64,000 bases of DNA, taken from assembly GCA_029262005.1 (NCBI GenBank), contig JAJDAG010000199.1, positions 9,531 to 73,530 on the forward strand. Reading direction: 5' to 3'. The DNA is from Candidatus Zhuqueibacterota bacterium (lineage in GTDB: Bacteria; Zhuqueibacterota; Zhuqueibacteria; Oceanimicrobiales; Oceanimicrobiaceae). Under the pieces are notes generated by a model, which saw only the letters and a program-made list of their open reading frames with translations, was not told the DNA's origin and ran no database searches. Positions 8,854 through 19,207 of the stretch are shown piece after piece (position 1 is the stretch's first letter; each line of letters starts with the position of its first letter). The position numbers and the translations under genes are program-made.

Positions 8854-10320
8854 TTGCTCATGAGTTCAGGCAATGGTGCTTTGCCTGCCACAGGGAGAAA
8901 CGCAGGGGAGATCCTGCAGCAAATGGCGTCTTTCGGGGAAAATGACCCTGACTACAAGAGCGGGAAAACCTGGTCCCTGGTTTATTATCTTGGTGAGGAG
9001 TATGCCCGTTTTTTGCAGGACGCATACAATATGTATTCATCCACAAACGGACTAAATCCACTTGCGTTTCAGAGTCTGATGAAATTTGAATCGGAAGTAG
9101 TGCGCATGACTGCTGATTTGTTACATGGAGATAAAAACGTTGTTGGAACCATGACTTCAGGCGGTACGGAAAGCTGTTTGCTGGCCGTGAAGACCTATCG
9201 CGACTATGGTCGCAGCAAGCGCTTTCGACTGCCCCGGCCGGAAATGATTTTGCCTGAGAGCGCCCATGTTGCCTGGGAAAAAGGGGCCGAGTGTTTCGGT
9301 GTTAAGCCCGTGCGTGTACCTCTGAGTCCGGATTACAGAGCAAACGTCGATGCCATCCGCAAAAAAATTAATCGGAATACAATTCTGATTGTCGGCTCTG
9401 CACCGCAATACCCTCACGGTGTTATCGATCCTGTTGCGGAGCTCGGTGTGTTGGCGCAGAAGCACAACATTCCGCTGCACATTGATGCTTGTGTTGGCGG
9501 TTACCTGCTGCCGTTTGTGGAGAAGCTGGGTTATGAGGTGCCATTATTCGACTTCCGAGTGCCGGGTGTGACATCTATTTCGGCGGATACACATAAGTAC
9601 GGCTACAGCGCCAAAGGGGCTTCCACGATTTTGTATCGAAATATCGATTATTTCAAGCACCAGATATTTGTTTATGAAAATTGGCCCGGTGGTGTTTTTG
9701 CCGGAGCAACACTGCTGGGCACACGCCCTGGCGGCGCCATTGCCGCAGCCTGGGCCGCTATGCAGGCTTTGGGAGAAGACGGATACTTGCAAAACGCTAA
9801 AATCATTATGGAAACAACCATCCGGCTGCTCAAAGGCATCGCTGCCGTTCCCGAGCTTGAGGTCATTGGCCGGCCGGCTATGAGTTTGTTTGCCTATGGG
9901 GCAAAAGCCAAAGGGCTGAGTATTTATGCCGTCGGTGACCAAATGGAGGCGCGTGGCTGGCACGTAGATCGCCAGCATCGCCCTGAATGCCTGCACGCAA
10001 TGGTAACGCCCGTCCATGCTGATATCGTCGATGCTTACTTGTCTGACCTCAGAGAGTCAGTTGCTTATGTTTTAAAACACCCAGAATTAGCAACAAAAGG
10101 CGGGGCAGCCACTTATGGTATGATTTCTCAGATTCCAATGCGTAGCCTTATAAAAAAGAATGTCCTTAAAATGATGCTTGGCATGTATGGCCCGGATGGC
10201 AAGATGATTGATGTGACGAACCCGGATCTTGCTCTTGAAGGCGGAGAGGACAAACCGGATTTAGCTACAAAAGCCGGCTTGCGTTTTTTACAACTAAAAC
10301 ATTGGCTGGCAAGAAAATAG
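8854..10320 (+). CDS. PLP-dependent group II decarboxylase-fold enzyme of the sphingosine-1-phosphate lyase family (soluble form, no transmembrane anchor)
   Basis: SADTHKYGYSAKGASTILYRN...WPGGVFAGATLLGTRPGGAIAAAWAAMQALGEDGYL and the downstream LRESV...K.P....G.A.YGM closely track the catalytic-lysine region of eukaryotic SGPL1/Dpl1 as I recall it. AGGAG ribosome-binding site 7 nt upstream. Confidence 0.7.
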   Translation: MLMSSGNGALPATGRNAGEILQQMASFGENDPDYKSGKTWSLVYYLGEEYARFLQDAYNMYSSTNGLNPLAFQSLMKFESEVVRMTADLLHGDKNVVGTMTSGGTESCLLAVKTYRDYGRSKRFRLPRPEMILPESAHVAWEKGAECFGVKPVRVPLSPDYRANVDAIRKKINRNTILIVGSAPQYPHGVIDPVAELGVLAQKHNIPLHIDACVGGYLLPFVEKLGYEVPLFDFRVPGVTSISADTHKYGYSAKGASTILYRNIDYFKHQIFVYENWPGGVFAGATLLGTRPGGAIAAAWAAMQALGEDGYLQNAKIIMETTIRLLKGIAAVPELEVIGRPAMSLFAYGAKAKGLSIYAVGDQMEARGWHVDRQHRPECLHAMVTPVHADIVDAYLSDLRESVAYVLKHPELATKGGAATYGMISQIPMRSLIKKNVLKMMLGMYGPDGKMIDVTNPDLALEGGEDKPDLATKAGLRFLQLKHWLARK

Positions 10321-10735
10321 ATAACAGCCTTCTAATTAATATCCATGTGCCAATTGAGATGTGTGCTTGAGCGGAAGGGTCAGTTGTTCGATCCTGTCAA
10401 TTTACAACAAACACCGCACATGGCTTTTTCCCCTCAAATATGATTTACAAGAGTCGCACCTAACCTGAATTATGCATCAGCCACGGAGAGCACTGAGTAA
10501 AAAAAACATAAGGTTAGAGTTTAAGAAAAATGAGAATCGCCATTTGTTCTTAAAATCTATCATTATTGAGAGCCGTCTTTTTAAGTCCTGTATTCTCAGC
10601 ATTTTATGTGTCACTGTGGCAGAATTCATGAATAAAGCAGGCTAAGCTAAATTCCTTACTTTCACCGTAAAGAAAAAGGTCATTCACGACGATGAATATC
10701 GAGAAAGCACACTTTACTGTGAAGGAGACGGTAGT

Positions 10736-11086
10736 ATGAGCGAAAAAGCACTGGACCCGGAAGTAATAGAACAATTGGCGATGTTGGCCGACGAAGATGA
10801 CCCTGATTTTCTGGTAGACCTCTTGCAAGGCTATCTTGAGACCACTCAAAACAGCATCGAAGAGCTTGAGACTGCGCTCAAATCTTCGGATGGCGTGCTG
10901 GTTGCAAAAACAGCTCACACCCAAAAAGGTGCCAGTGGTAATGTCGGTGCCACAAATATGGTTACTTTCTTCAGCCAGCTGGAAGAGATTGGGCATAGCG
11001 ACCAGGTTGGCGATGCTGAAGAGGTCATTGTTAAAATTGTTGAAGAGTTTGAGCACGTAAAGCATGAAATCGAAGCACTGGTCTAA
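10736..11086 (+). CDS. stand-alone histidine phosphotransfer (Hpt) domain protein
   Basis: AKTAHTQKGASGNVGATNM is the H-x-x-K-G-x-x-x-x-G Hpt phospho-histidine motif. Four-helix-bundle-sized 116-aa protein. GAAGGAG ribosome-binding site upstream. Confidence 0.75.
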   Translation: MSEKALDPEVIEQLAMLADEDDPDFLVDLLQGYLETTQNSIEELETALKSSDGVLVAKTAHTQKGASGNVGATNMVTFFSQLEEIGHSDQVGDAEEVIVKIVEEFEHVKHEIEALV

Positions 11087-11208
11087 TTCGTATTTGCGAC
11101 CCTCCGGGGCCGGTGCATTCTGGTTGCGTTGCAAAGTACGTGTAACCGGCTCAGCTTTTTTCACTATACATTCCCACGTCTGATTCATTCATCGCACATT
11201 AGGCAAGG

Positions 11209-13503
11209 ATGCCAATGAGTTTTCGAAATATCTCCATCAGAAAGAAGCTCGTTTTCACGATTGTTGCCACAAGCTCCATTGCCTTGATTCTTGCCGGTAG
11301 TGCCTTTATTACTTATGAATTTTTGACGGCCCGCAACAGGGTGGTTGGTGAGCTTGAGTCTCAGTCCAGGGTCATCGCGCAAAACAGTATTTCAGCCTTA
11401 CAATTTGGTGATAAGGACGATGCCGCGGCAATTCTCAAAGGGCTTAAAGCAAATCGGGATATCATTTCTGCAGGAATTTTTTCCATTGACAGCGCTTTGA
11501 TGGCACGCTATCTCCGCTCTGATTCACTTGGCGCCGCCACCGTAATTCCTTTCCAAACAGGCGGGGTATTTCAGAACGAAAACGACTTAGTACTGTACAG
11601 AGAGATCCAGGCAGTAGATGGACCTTTAGGTGTATTGTATATTCAGTATGATTTAAGGCCGACCAAGGCAAAGTTCATTAAGTATTTGTGGATTACTGCA
11701 GGCGTATTACTGACATCTTTCCTGATTTCCTGGTTGTTTTCCTACCGGTTTCAGAAACTTGTTTCTGCCCCAATTCTTGAACTTGCGCACGCGGTTAAAA
11801 AGGTGTCGTATGAAAAAGACTATGATATTCGCGTTGCCAGCAATAGGGCGGATGAGATTGGGCTTTTGTTTGACGGCTTCAACGAAATGCTGCGTGAAAT
11901 TAAAATACGAGACGACCGGCTCAATCAGCATCGCGCCAATTTGGAGATTGAGATTGAACGTCGCACTGCCGATTTGCGAAAAGCAAAGGATGAACTGGTC
12001 AGATTGGCCTCATTTCCTGAAATGAATCCAAATCCTGTAATTGAAACAACACTTGCCGGAGAGATTCTTTATGTTAATCCCACAGCAAGGAAACAAATTG
12101 CCCACTTGCCGGAAAAGGGAAATGACCACCCAATATTGCAGAACTGTGTACAACACATCGAAGAGTTAAGGCAGAGCAAAAAGAAATTCTTGTATTATGA
12201 GATTACTTACGACGGCAAATTCTATCAAGAGCAGGCAGGTTTTGTAAAAGGTGGTGAACAGGTTCGGTTTTTTTTGGTCGATATTACTGCTCGAAAGCAG
12301 GCAGAAACTGAGTTACGCTTCGCAAGAGATGCCGCAGAAGGTGCCAGCAGGGCGAAGAGCGAGTTCCTGGCCAACATGAGCCATGAGCTCAGAACGCCAA
12401 TGAATGGGGTCATGGGCATGGCTCAGTTGCTACTTTCGACTGATCTGAGCGCCGATCAGAAGGATTTCGCTGAAACCATTCTTAATTCATCAAAAGCCCT
12501 TCTGAGCATTATGAACGACATTCTTGATTTCTCAAAAATCGAAGCCGGAAAACTGGAAATTGAGACGGTTGGTTTCGACTTCAAACGATTGTTACATGAA
12601 GTTGTCTATTTGTTGGGGCCGCGGGCAGAAGAGAATGATGTTTCGCTTTGCCTTAATTACCCTGAATCTTTGCCTGCCTGGGTGGCCGCCGACTCGGGCC
12701 GAATCCGCCAGGTGATTATGAATCTGGTTGGAAATGCCATAAAATTCAGCCTGCATGGAAATGTAGACATTCGAGTGACGGCGGAGGATATTTCAGGCTC
12801 CGATGCATTGTTTTCAATTGAAATCTCAGACACCGGCGTCGGTATTCCTGCTGCCAAATTATCCCATATTTTTGAACAGTTTGCTCAGGCAGATGAATCA
12901 ACCACGCGCAAGTTTGGCGGCACTGGTTTGGGCCTGGCAATTTCCAAACAACTTGTCGAGCTGATGGGAGGTTGGATTGACGCAAAAAGTAACATCGGTA
13001 AGGGTTCGGTCTTTACAGTAAGCCTGCCCTTACTACTGAGCAGTGCCGAACCTGAAACTGTTCCTGTGACGGATGCACCCGCAGCACACAATAACCGCCT
13101 GTGGGAAATATTAGTCGTTGAAGATAACTTTGTAAACCAAAAAGTAGCATCGAAAATGCTGAAGCGCATCGGCTGTAATATCAGCTTGGCAAACAATGGA
13201 AAAGAGGCTGTTGAAATACTTGAGAAAAACTCATTTGATTTGATATTTATGGACTGCCAGATGCCGGTGATGGATGGCTATGAAGCCACTGCTGCAATAA
13301 TTAAAGCGTATTCGGAAGCAGCGCCACCAATTATTGCAATGACTGCAAACGCGCTGAAAGGCGACCGCGAAAAGTGCCTGGCAGTCGGAATGAGCGATTA
13401 CATTTCAAAACCACTTGATATCAAAAGTCTGGATGAAATTTTAGGAAAATGGCTCAAGAGCCAGGACGTCTTAACCGAAAACCAAAAAATCACAGCACTG
13501 TGA
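11209..13503 (+). CDS. hybrid sensor histidine kinase / response regulator (periplasmic sensor, HAMP, PAS, HisKA, HATPase_c, C-terminal receiver)
   Basis: Two transmembrane segments flank a ~150-aa periplasmic region. H-box [22 protein letters not shown] and GGTGLGLAI ATPase boxes. Receiver ILVVEDN...D-box...MDCQMPVMDGYEAT...AMTANA. Confidence 0.85.
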   Translation: MPMSFRNISIRKKLVFTIVATSSIALILAGSAFITYEFLTARNRVVGELESQSRVIAQNSISALQFGDKDDAAAILKGLKANRDIISAGIFSIDSALMARYLRSDSLGAATVIPFQTGGVFQNENDLVLYREIQAVDGPLGVLYIQYDLRPTKAKFIKYLWITAGVLLTSFLISWLFSYRFQKLVSAPILELAHAVKKVSYEKDYDIRVASNRADEIGLLFDGFNEMLREIKIRDDRLNQHRANLEIEIERRTADLRKAKDELVRLASFPEMNPNPVIETTLAGEILYVNPTARKQIAHLPEKGNDHPILQNCVQHIEELRQSKKKFLYYEITYDGKFYQEQAGFVKGGEQVRFFLVDITARKQAETELRFARDAAEGASRAKSEFLANMSHELRTPMNGVMGMAQLLLSTDLSADQKDFAETILNSSKALLSIMNDILDFSKIEAGKLEIETVGFDFKRLLHEVVYLLGPRAEENDVSLCLNYPESLPAWVAADSGRIRQVIMNLVGNAIKFSLHGNVDIRVTAEDISGSDALFSIEISDTGVGIPAAKLSHIFEQFAQADESTTRKFGGTGLGLAISKQLVELMGGWIDAKSNIGKGSVFTVSLPLLLSSAEPETVPVTDAPAAHNNRLWEILVVEDNFVNQKVASKMLKRIGCNISLANNGKEAVEILEKNSFDLIFMDCQMPVMDGYEATAAIIKAYSEAAPPIIAMTANALKGDREKCLAVGMSDYISKPLDIKSLDEILGKWLKSQDVLTENQKITAL

Positions 13504-13616
13504 GAAGGAAATGTGAATCTCTTCGACAATGAAGATGCGATTCTGTTTGTAGCGGCAACGCAAAATATTTGGATTTTTAGAAATCAGTAAAAACAGATGT
13601 AAGGAGCGGACCCACG

Positions 13617-15953
13617 ATGGTAGAAGAATGGTGGCGGATGCGTACTAAGCAGCTACTGGGCAGATTAGGTAATCAACTATCGCAATGGCCTATCAGCCAC
13701 CAGATTGTGTTGTTGCTGGCTGCGGGAACTATGGTTATTGCAATTGCCTCCGGCTTTGTAGTGCGAAAATTGGAACAGGAGCACTTAAGCGACAGATTGC
13801 GTGAACAAAGCATTACTACATTCTCGATTCTGTCAACGACTTCTATTGAGGCGATTATTCGTGAGGACAAACAGCTACTGAACACCATTGTCGAGCGATA
13901 TATCGGCACATTGCCCGATGTTTTTTCTGTTAGCATTGAAAATGAAAAACATCAGGTGTTGGCACAGTGGCAAAGCCCGGATAAAAATCCGGAGCACGCA
14001 TTATTGACTTATGAACAGCCAGTTTTCTTTAACGGTGCGGTCCTGGGCAATATGCGATTGCAGTTGAATCCGGATCCACATTATGTTAATGCTGAAGAGC
14101 ACGTTGCAAAGTTAAGGTGGTTCATTCTTGGCATCCTGCTTACACTGACAATGATAGTTGTAGTCGGAATAAATTTGTTGGCTATTCGCCCTGTTCAGCT
14201 TATTCATTCTCGTCTGCTGGACTTGTCAAAAGGAGATGTTTTTTCCAAGCTTGATGTTTCCTGTTCTAAAGAGTTGGGTCGATTGTCTGAGTCTGTACAG
14301 ATAATGGCAGGTGTGTTTCGAGATCAAAGGCAACGACAAATTGATTTGCACAAAGCGAAGCAAAAAGCCGAAGCAGCCAATAAGTCAAAAGGTGAATTTC
14401 TTGCCAATATGAGTCATGAAATTCGTACCCCCATGAACGGTATTCTGGGTACGCTTGAGCTGTTGGGTGATACCCCTTTAAACGGTATGCAGAAAGAATA
14501 TACGAAGACAATTAGAGTTTCGGGCGAATCTCTGTTGGGGATCATTTGTGATATTCTGGATTTTTCGAAAATAGATGAAGGCAAACTTGAACTTGACCCG
14601 GAACCGTTTGACTTGCGAGCCACAATTGAAGATATACTGGTTCTTTTGGGCAATGCAGCAAGAGAAAAAAAATTGGAACTTCTCTTACATTATCCGTTGG
14701 AATTACCGCACTGGTTTGAAGGAGACTCTATTCGCATTCGTCAGATAATAACCAATTTGCTAGGTAATGCTATCAAATTTACGTCGGCAGGACATGCCTT
14801 GCTTAAAGTAGCCATTTCCAGCACCGGACGCAACAATGCAGCGATTAGCATTTCTGTAGAAGACACAGGCATTGGCATTCCTGAGAATCAGGTGGCGCAT
14901 ATATTTGATAAGTTTACGCAAGTGGATGCCTCTACAACGCGCAATTTTGGTGGTACAGGCCTGGGATTGGCCATATCGAAACAGCTCGCAACCATGATGG
15001 GTGGCGATGTGCAGGTGACAAGTCAGAATGGGCGAGGTTCTACCTTTTCATTTTCAATGATTTTACCTTATGCCGCTGAGCAAGAAGAGAAGCCCGTTTC
15101 TTATACCGCTCTGAAAGGTGCGCGCATACTGGTTGTGGATGACCATGAAATTAACCGGGAGATTTTGCAAGAACAATTAACAAAATGGGACGTGAAAGCG
15201 AAGTCTGTGGAGTCGGCTGAGGAAGCGTTAGAAGTGATGCAACAGGCGGTTGCTGCGGGTATTCCATATGAGATAGCACTTCTCGATTATCGTATGCCTG
15301 AAATAAATGGCGAAGTCCTCGCGCGAAAAATAAAAGCAGATAAAAGCCTGCATGCCACACAATTGGTTATGCTGAGTTCCGTTGCAGGTCGCAGCGAGGC
15401 AAAGCGGATGCGTTCCGCCGGATTTTCTGCCTTTTTGCTGAAGCCGGTCAGGCAATTTTATTTGCTCGAAACACTGAAGACGGTGCTCAAAACCAGGCTT
15501 GAAAAAGGCGAGAAGGATACGCTTAGGCTTCATAAAGAGGTTGAATGCACGCTAGATGATAACAATATTTTACAAAAGGCGAGTCAATCAAAGCAGGTAT
15601 TGTTGGTGGAAGACAATTTAATCAATCAGAAAGTTGCAGTGAAGATTCTGCAAAAACATGATTGTCAGGTCGAAGTGGCTTGCAATGGTAAAGAGGCGGT
15701 TGAAGTGTTGAAGGGCAACCAGTTTGATATTATTTTCATGGATTGCCAAATGCCGGAAATGGATGGATATGAAGCCACAGCAGCCATTCGTAAACAGGAA
15801 AACAATATTCGCCATACACCTATTATCGCCATGACCGCCAATGCAATGAAAGGGGATCGCGAGAAGTGTCTCGCCGCAGGAATGGATGACTATCTTGCCA
15901 AACCCATCGATAAAAACAGATTGCAGGCGACGTTGGATAAGTGGGGTTCATGA
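13617..15953 (+). CDS. hybrid sensor histidine kinase with two C-terminal receiver domains
   Basis: N-terminal transmembrane and periplasmic sensor. H-box [23 protein letters not shown] and [12 protein letters not shown]1 [14 protein letters not shown]...[15 protein letters not shown]2 [13 protein letters not shown]...[14 protein letters not shown]...[13 protein letters not shown]. Confidence 0.85.
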   Translation: MVEEWWRMRTKQLLGRLGNQLSQWPISHQIVLLLAAGTMVIAIASGFVVRKLEQEHLSDRLREQSITTFSILSTTSIEAIIREDKQLLNTIVERYIGTLPDVFSVSIENEKHQVLAQWQSPDKNPEHALLTYEQPVFFNGAVLGNMRLQLNPDPHYVNAEEHVAKLRWFILGILLTLTMIVVVGINLLAIRPVQLIHSRLLDLSKGDVFSKLDVSCSKELGRLSESVQIMAGVFRDQRQRQIDLHKAKQKAEAANKSKGEFLANMSHEIRTPMNGILGTLELLGDTPLNGMQKEYTKTIRVSGESLLGIICDILDFSKIDEGKLELDPEPFDLRATIEDILVLLGNAAREKKLELLLHYPLELPHWFEGDSIRIRQIITNLLGNAIKFTSAGHALLKVAISSTGRNNAAISISVEDTGIGIPENQVAHIFDKFTQVDASTTRNFGGTGLGLAISKQLATMMGGDVQVTSQNGRGSTFSFSMILPYAAEQEEKPVSYTALKGARILVVDDHEINREILQEQLTKWDVKAKSVESAEEALEVMQQAVAAGIPYEIALLDYRMPEINGEVLARKIKADKSLHATQLVMLSSVAGRSEAKRMRSAGFSAFLLKPVRQFYLLETLKTVLKTRLEKGEKDTLRLHKEVECTLDDNNILQKASQSKQVLLVEDNLINQKVAVKILQKHDCQVEVACNGKEAVEVLKGNQFDIIFMDCQMPEMDGYEATAAIRKQENNIRHTPIIAMTANAMKGDREKCLAAGMDDYLAKPIDKNRLQATLDKWGS

Positions 15954-16342
15954 ACATGTTCTTTGGCCATATCTACTGGATAATTCAGGCCAATTGTATC
16001 AAGGGAAATATGGCAGTGGTGTTTACACGCATCATTCTGCCGATATATATAAAGGGACAGAAAGGTAAAAATAGTGGCCTGTAGCAGCTAATGACTAAGA
16101 TGCTTTAGAAGTGTAACAAGCATCTGAAATGTCTGGTCTGGATGTCTCCACTGCCGCTGCTGTGGCTAAAGCGCTCAAGGGAAATTTGAAGATGGTGTCG
16201 TGAATTTTATTTTAACAAAGGTATGTCGATAATCACTAAAACAAAAGTTTGAGTAGAAGGCAATTTGAAATTGAATTCTCAAACCTACCTTTTGTTGTTC
16301 AAAATTTGTTGGTGGGTTTTCCAAGTCAAAGGGAGTTAGACA

Positions 16343-16915
16343 ATGCGTGATAGCAATGAATATTCTGATGAAGTTGAATTACTCGAAGGCAGTATTTTGC
16401 TGCAACAGGGTGAGTTTCAAAAAGCCAGAGAGAGCTATGAAGGGGCTATAGAGAAAGATCCGAATAATCTGGAGGCACTCTATGGAATTGGTATACTTTG
16501 CCAATATCGAGAGGATTTTGAAGAAGCTCGGGAGTACTTTGAGCGGGCCCTAAATATTGAAGACGTAAGTTCGCAGATCCTGAATAATTTTGGAATTGTT
16601 TCTGCCTATTTGGGTGATAAGGTTTCCGCCATTAGCGCGTTTAAAAAAGCAGTTGTCATTGAGCCGGACTTTGTCGATGCTCGTAAAAATCTTGCGGATC
16701 TATACATCGAGAATGGCGACTTTGATGAGGGGATAAAGGTTTATCAGGAAATTCTCCAGAATCATTCTCGTGATGTAGAAACATTGCTGGCAGTAGCCGA
16801 TTTGTATGAAGAAGTCGGGGATAAAGGTTCCACAAAACATCTTTACGAAGAAGTCATACGAATCGAACCTGACAATGAACAAGCAAAGGTAAAGTTAGGT
16901 GAACTAGGCGACTGA
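16343..16915 (+). CDS. TPR-repeat protein
   Basis: Five to six 34-aa repeats (ALYGIGILCQYREDFEEAREYFERAL...). Confidence 0.6.
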   Translation: MRDSNEYSDEVELLEGSILLQQGEFQKARESYEGAIEKDPNNLEALYGIGILCQYREDFEEAREYFERALNIEDVSSQILNNFGIVSAYLGDKVSAISAFKKAVVIEPDFVDARKNLADLYIENGDFDEGIKVYQEILQNHSRDVETLLAVADLYEEVGDKGSTKHLYEEVIRIEPDNEQAKVKLGELGD

Positions 16916-16964
16916 GGTGAGAATAGGAAAATAGCGACTTGAAAACGCGACCTGCAGGGGTGGA

Positions 16965-18707
16965 ATGAAGTTTATCTTGCAATTGTATTCGGGTCAGGAT
17001 ACAACGACCGGCAATTTTGTATATCGTATCGCACAAACAGCGCGCGGGCTTTCTTCTCTTCCCGGCGTTGAGGTCGTCAACCGGGATTTGGTTGGCATCG
17101 GACATTTAGAGTCGCTTGTTGAGGTTCCACTTCTTATTTTACATCATATTTCCGATCCTGATTTGCTCCCTATCATACGCAAGAGGAAAAAACAAGGGCG
17201 ACCTACAGTGTTTGAGTTGGCTGAAGGCAATTACTATTTAAAGACACACCGCCCGGAAGCATTGCAGAATGGTCCACCTGACTACCATCTTGTGATTAGT
17301 GAACTCGTTCGCCAATGTGAAGCAGTTCAGGCAATTAATCGGCGACTCGCTGAAACCGTAAAACATTTAAACTCCAACCATATTTTGTTACCAAGTTATA
17401 TCGAAAAAGAACATTTCGGAACCCTTAAAAAATCTCAAGATTCTGTACTCAAGATCGGTTGGGGCGGTTCCGAAAGGCACTTGGCTGATCTGAAGAACAT
17501 TGCCGCGCCTCTCATCGATTGGCTGCGACGCACCGACGACGTTGTTTTATTTATTCAAGGTTCGGCACGTATCCGTGCCCTGTTTGCAGATTTGCCGGAC
17601 AATAAAGTGGAATTCCGGCGGCCGGGAAGTATGAAAGGCACCCTTTCCTTCATAGATGAGTTTGATGTGGGGCTGGCGCCATTGCTTTCCCGGAACAGCA
17701 ATAATTGCTGTTCCAATATCAAATTTCTTGAATATGCTTCGCGCGCTGTCGTGCCTTTATGTAGCCGGTGTGAGACCTATACAGACACAGCGAAACATTT
17801 CCCTCAATTGCCTCTTTTCAGTGATGCTAAGGAAATGATAACCTGGCTGGAAAGATTAAAGCAAGATCGGCAGCTACGAAATCAAATTGCTCAAGATGCA
17901 TTTGAATGGGTTCGGGAGCACCGACAGGCTGACGCAAGTCACTGGAAACAACTCTATGAACGATATCAAACTCTTGGCTCCCGGAGCGCCGTTCCTCCCC
18001 CGGATTTTGATTTGCTAGAACACCTGTTTGATGATAGCGCCGTTTCCGTTCTCAATGAAGCACTCGTTCCCCCGGATACGAACCGCGCGCTATCAACGTT
18101 ACACAGTGCCATCCGGGGAAGTTTTAGAAATTATCAACTCCATTATTTTTATGGTTGGGCACTGTTAAAAGCAGGCAAATGTGAGCAGGCGGAAGAGCAA
18201 TTACGAACGGCTATTGATATGAATCCCCAGTCCATTCGTGCTTTGCAATTGCTCGCGCGTGCTCAACTCAGGCGAAGCAAGATTGAGCTAGCATCTCAAA
18301 CCATTGAAAGGGCAGTTGAACTGGAACCGCAATTGGTTACTACGCTCAATTTAAAGGCCATGGTCTTGCTGGCTGCAAACCGGTATCGTGCGGCTTTTCG
18401 TCTTCTCAAAGATTGTCTGCGCGCAGAACCTGACTACGTAGATGCACGCTTGAATATGGCTAAGTCGGCATTAGCCATTGGCGAGTATTTTGAGGCTGAA
18501 ACCAGCCTGCAGCGCCTGCGCCGGCTGGTGCCGAAATCTGCTGAGGTGCATTATCTTCTAGGTGTTCTGGCTCACAGTCAGGGGGACCGTAAGCAGGCTC
18601 GCAGATGCGTTGAACAGGCGTTGACTTTAGAGGCGTCACACCAAAAGAGTCGAGAGCTTTTAGTGAAACTCTCAAGCAACAAAAACGCGATACGGAAGTC
18701 AGCATAG
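16965..18707 (+). CDS. two-domain protein: N-terminal ~340-aa glycosyltransferase-like (GT-B-like) domain plus C-terminal TPR repeats
   Basis: The C-terminal third is clear TPR (YFYGWALLKAGKCEQAEEQLRTAI..., HYLLGVLAHSQGDRKQARRCVEQAL). The N-terminal segment IGWGGSERHLADLKNIAAPLIDW...VVLFIQGS...GTLSFIDEFDVGLAPLLS...IKFLEYASRAVVPL resembles the donor-binding half of GT-B glycosyltransferases. This is a weak call. Confidence 0.4.
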   Translation: MKFILQLYSGQDTTTGNFVYRIAQTARGLSSLPGVEVVNRDLVGIGHLESLVEVPLLILHHISDPDLLPIIRKRKKQGRPTVFELAEGNYYLKTHRPEALQNGPPDYHLVISELVRQCEAVQAINRRLAETVKHLNSNHILLPSYIEKEHFGTLKKSQDSVLKIGWGGSERHLADLKNIAAPLIDWLRRTDDVVLFIQGSARIRALFADLPDNKVEFRRPGSMKGTLSFIDEFDVGLAPLLSRNSNNCCSNIKFLEYASRAVVPLCSRCETYTDTAKHFPQLPLFSDAKEMITWLERLKQDRQLRNQIAQDAFEWVREHRQADASHWKQLYERYQTLGSRSAVPPPDFDLLEHLFDDSAVSVLNEALVPPDTNRALSTLHSAIRGSFRNYQLHYFYGWALLKAGKCEQAEEQLRTAIDMNPQSIRALQLLARAQLRRSKIELASQTIERAVELEPQLVTTLNLKAMVLLAANRYRAAFRLLKDCLRAEPDYVDARLNMAKSALAIGEYFEAETSLQRLRRLVPKSAEVHYLLGVLAHSQGDRKQARRCVEQALTLEASHQKSRELLVKLSSNKNAIRKSA

Positions 18708-18799
18708 AAGTCAAATGCGCAAGTAATAACAAAGAATGTTTCATGCTCTTAAACTACGTGACCGGATCTTCAAACAAACACTCCTAAAAAATTATTTTT

Positions 18800-18849
18800 T
18801 TGACACTTAAGCGATTTTTCTTGCTATAAAAAAGAAGAACTATTATAAT
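18800..18849 (+). promoter_or_regulatory. overlapping sigma70-like promoter candidates (TTGACA-18-CTATAA and TTGCTA-17-TATAAT), followed by a 6-bp-stem hairpin at 18867-18888
   Basis: ttgaca 18800-18805, ttgcta 18821-18826, tataat 18844-18849. agaggc...gcctct inverted repeat downstream. This would give the DegT gene a ~350-nt leader. Confidence 0.3.
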
Positions 18850-19207
18850 TTGCCGAGATAATTGTAAGAGGCCTCAGCTTGTGCCTCTCGCAACACCGTA
18901 GAAATCGCATCCCTGAAACGATACAGCCTTTCCCTTTCCCGGTTGGAGTTCATTGGCTTACCAGATGGAGTGGCATTTGAACGATCCAAATATTTTATAA
19001 TTCTGTTCGTCCGTCAATTCCATAAATGCCGCCATCCTCGTATTTGGGCTCAGTTTATGATGCCCAATCCCGGGATTCGGTACATGGCCCGGATGTTTGA
19101 AGTCCTGTGAACTGTTAGCATAATTCATGTGGAGCCTTACGGCACATCTCTGCACACGTCCTTTTGTCGCAAATGTCATTAAAATTATAAATGGAAAGGA
19201 ATCTATT

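Noticed and set aside
10604-11188. 194-aa minus-strand ORF covering the Hpt gene
   Set aside because: It lies entirely antisense to a well-supported Hpt domain gene that has a strong ribosome-binding site. It has no motif of its own, so it is a typical shadow ORF.
11087-11208. Possible terminator between the Hpt gene and kinase 1 (gccggt...accggc followed by agcttttttc)
   Set aside because: The stem is only 6 bp with a ~30-nt loop. This is too weak to call, and the T run may simply be part of the kinase leader.
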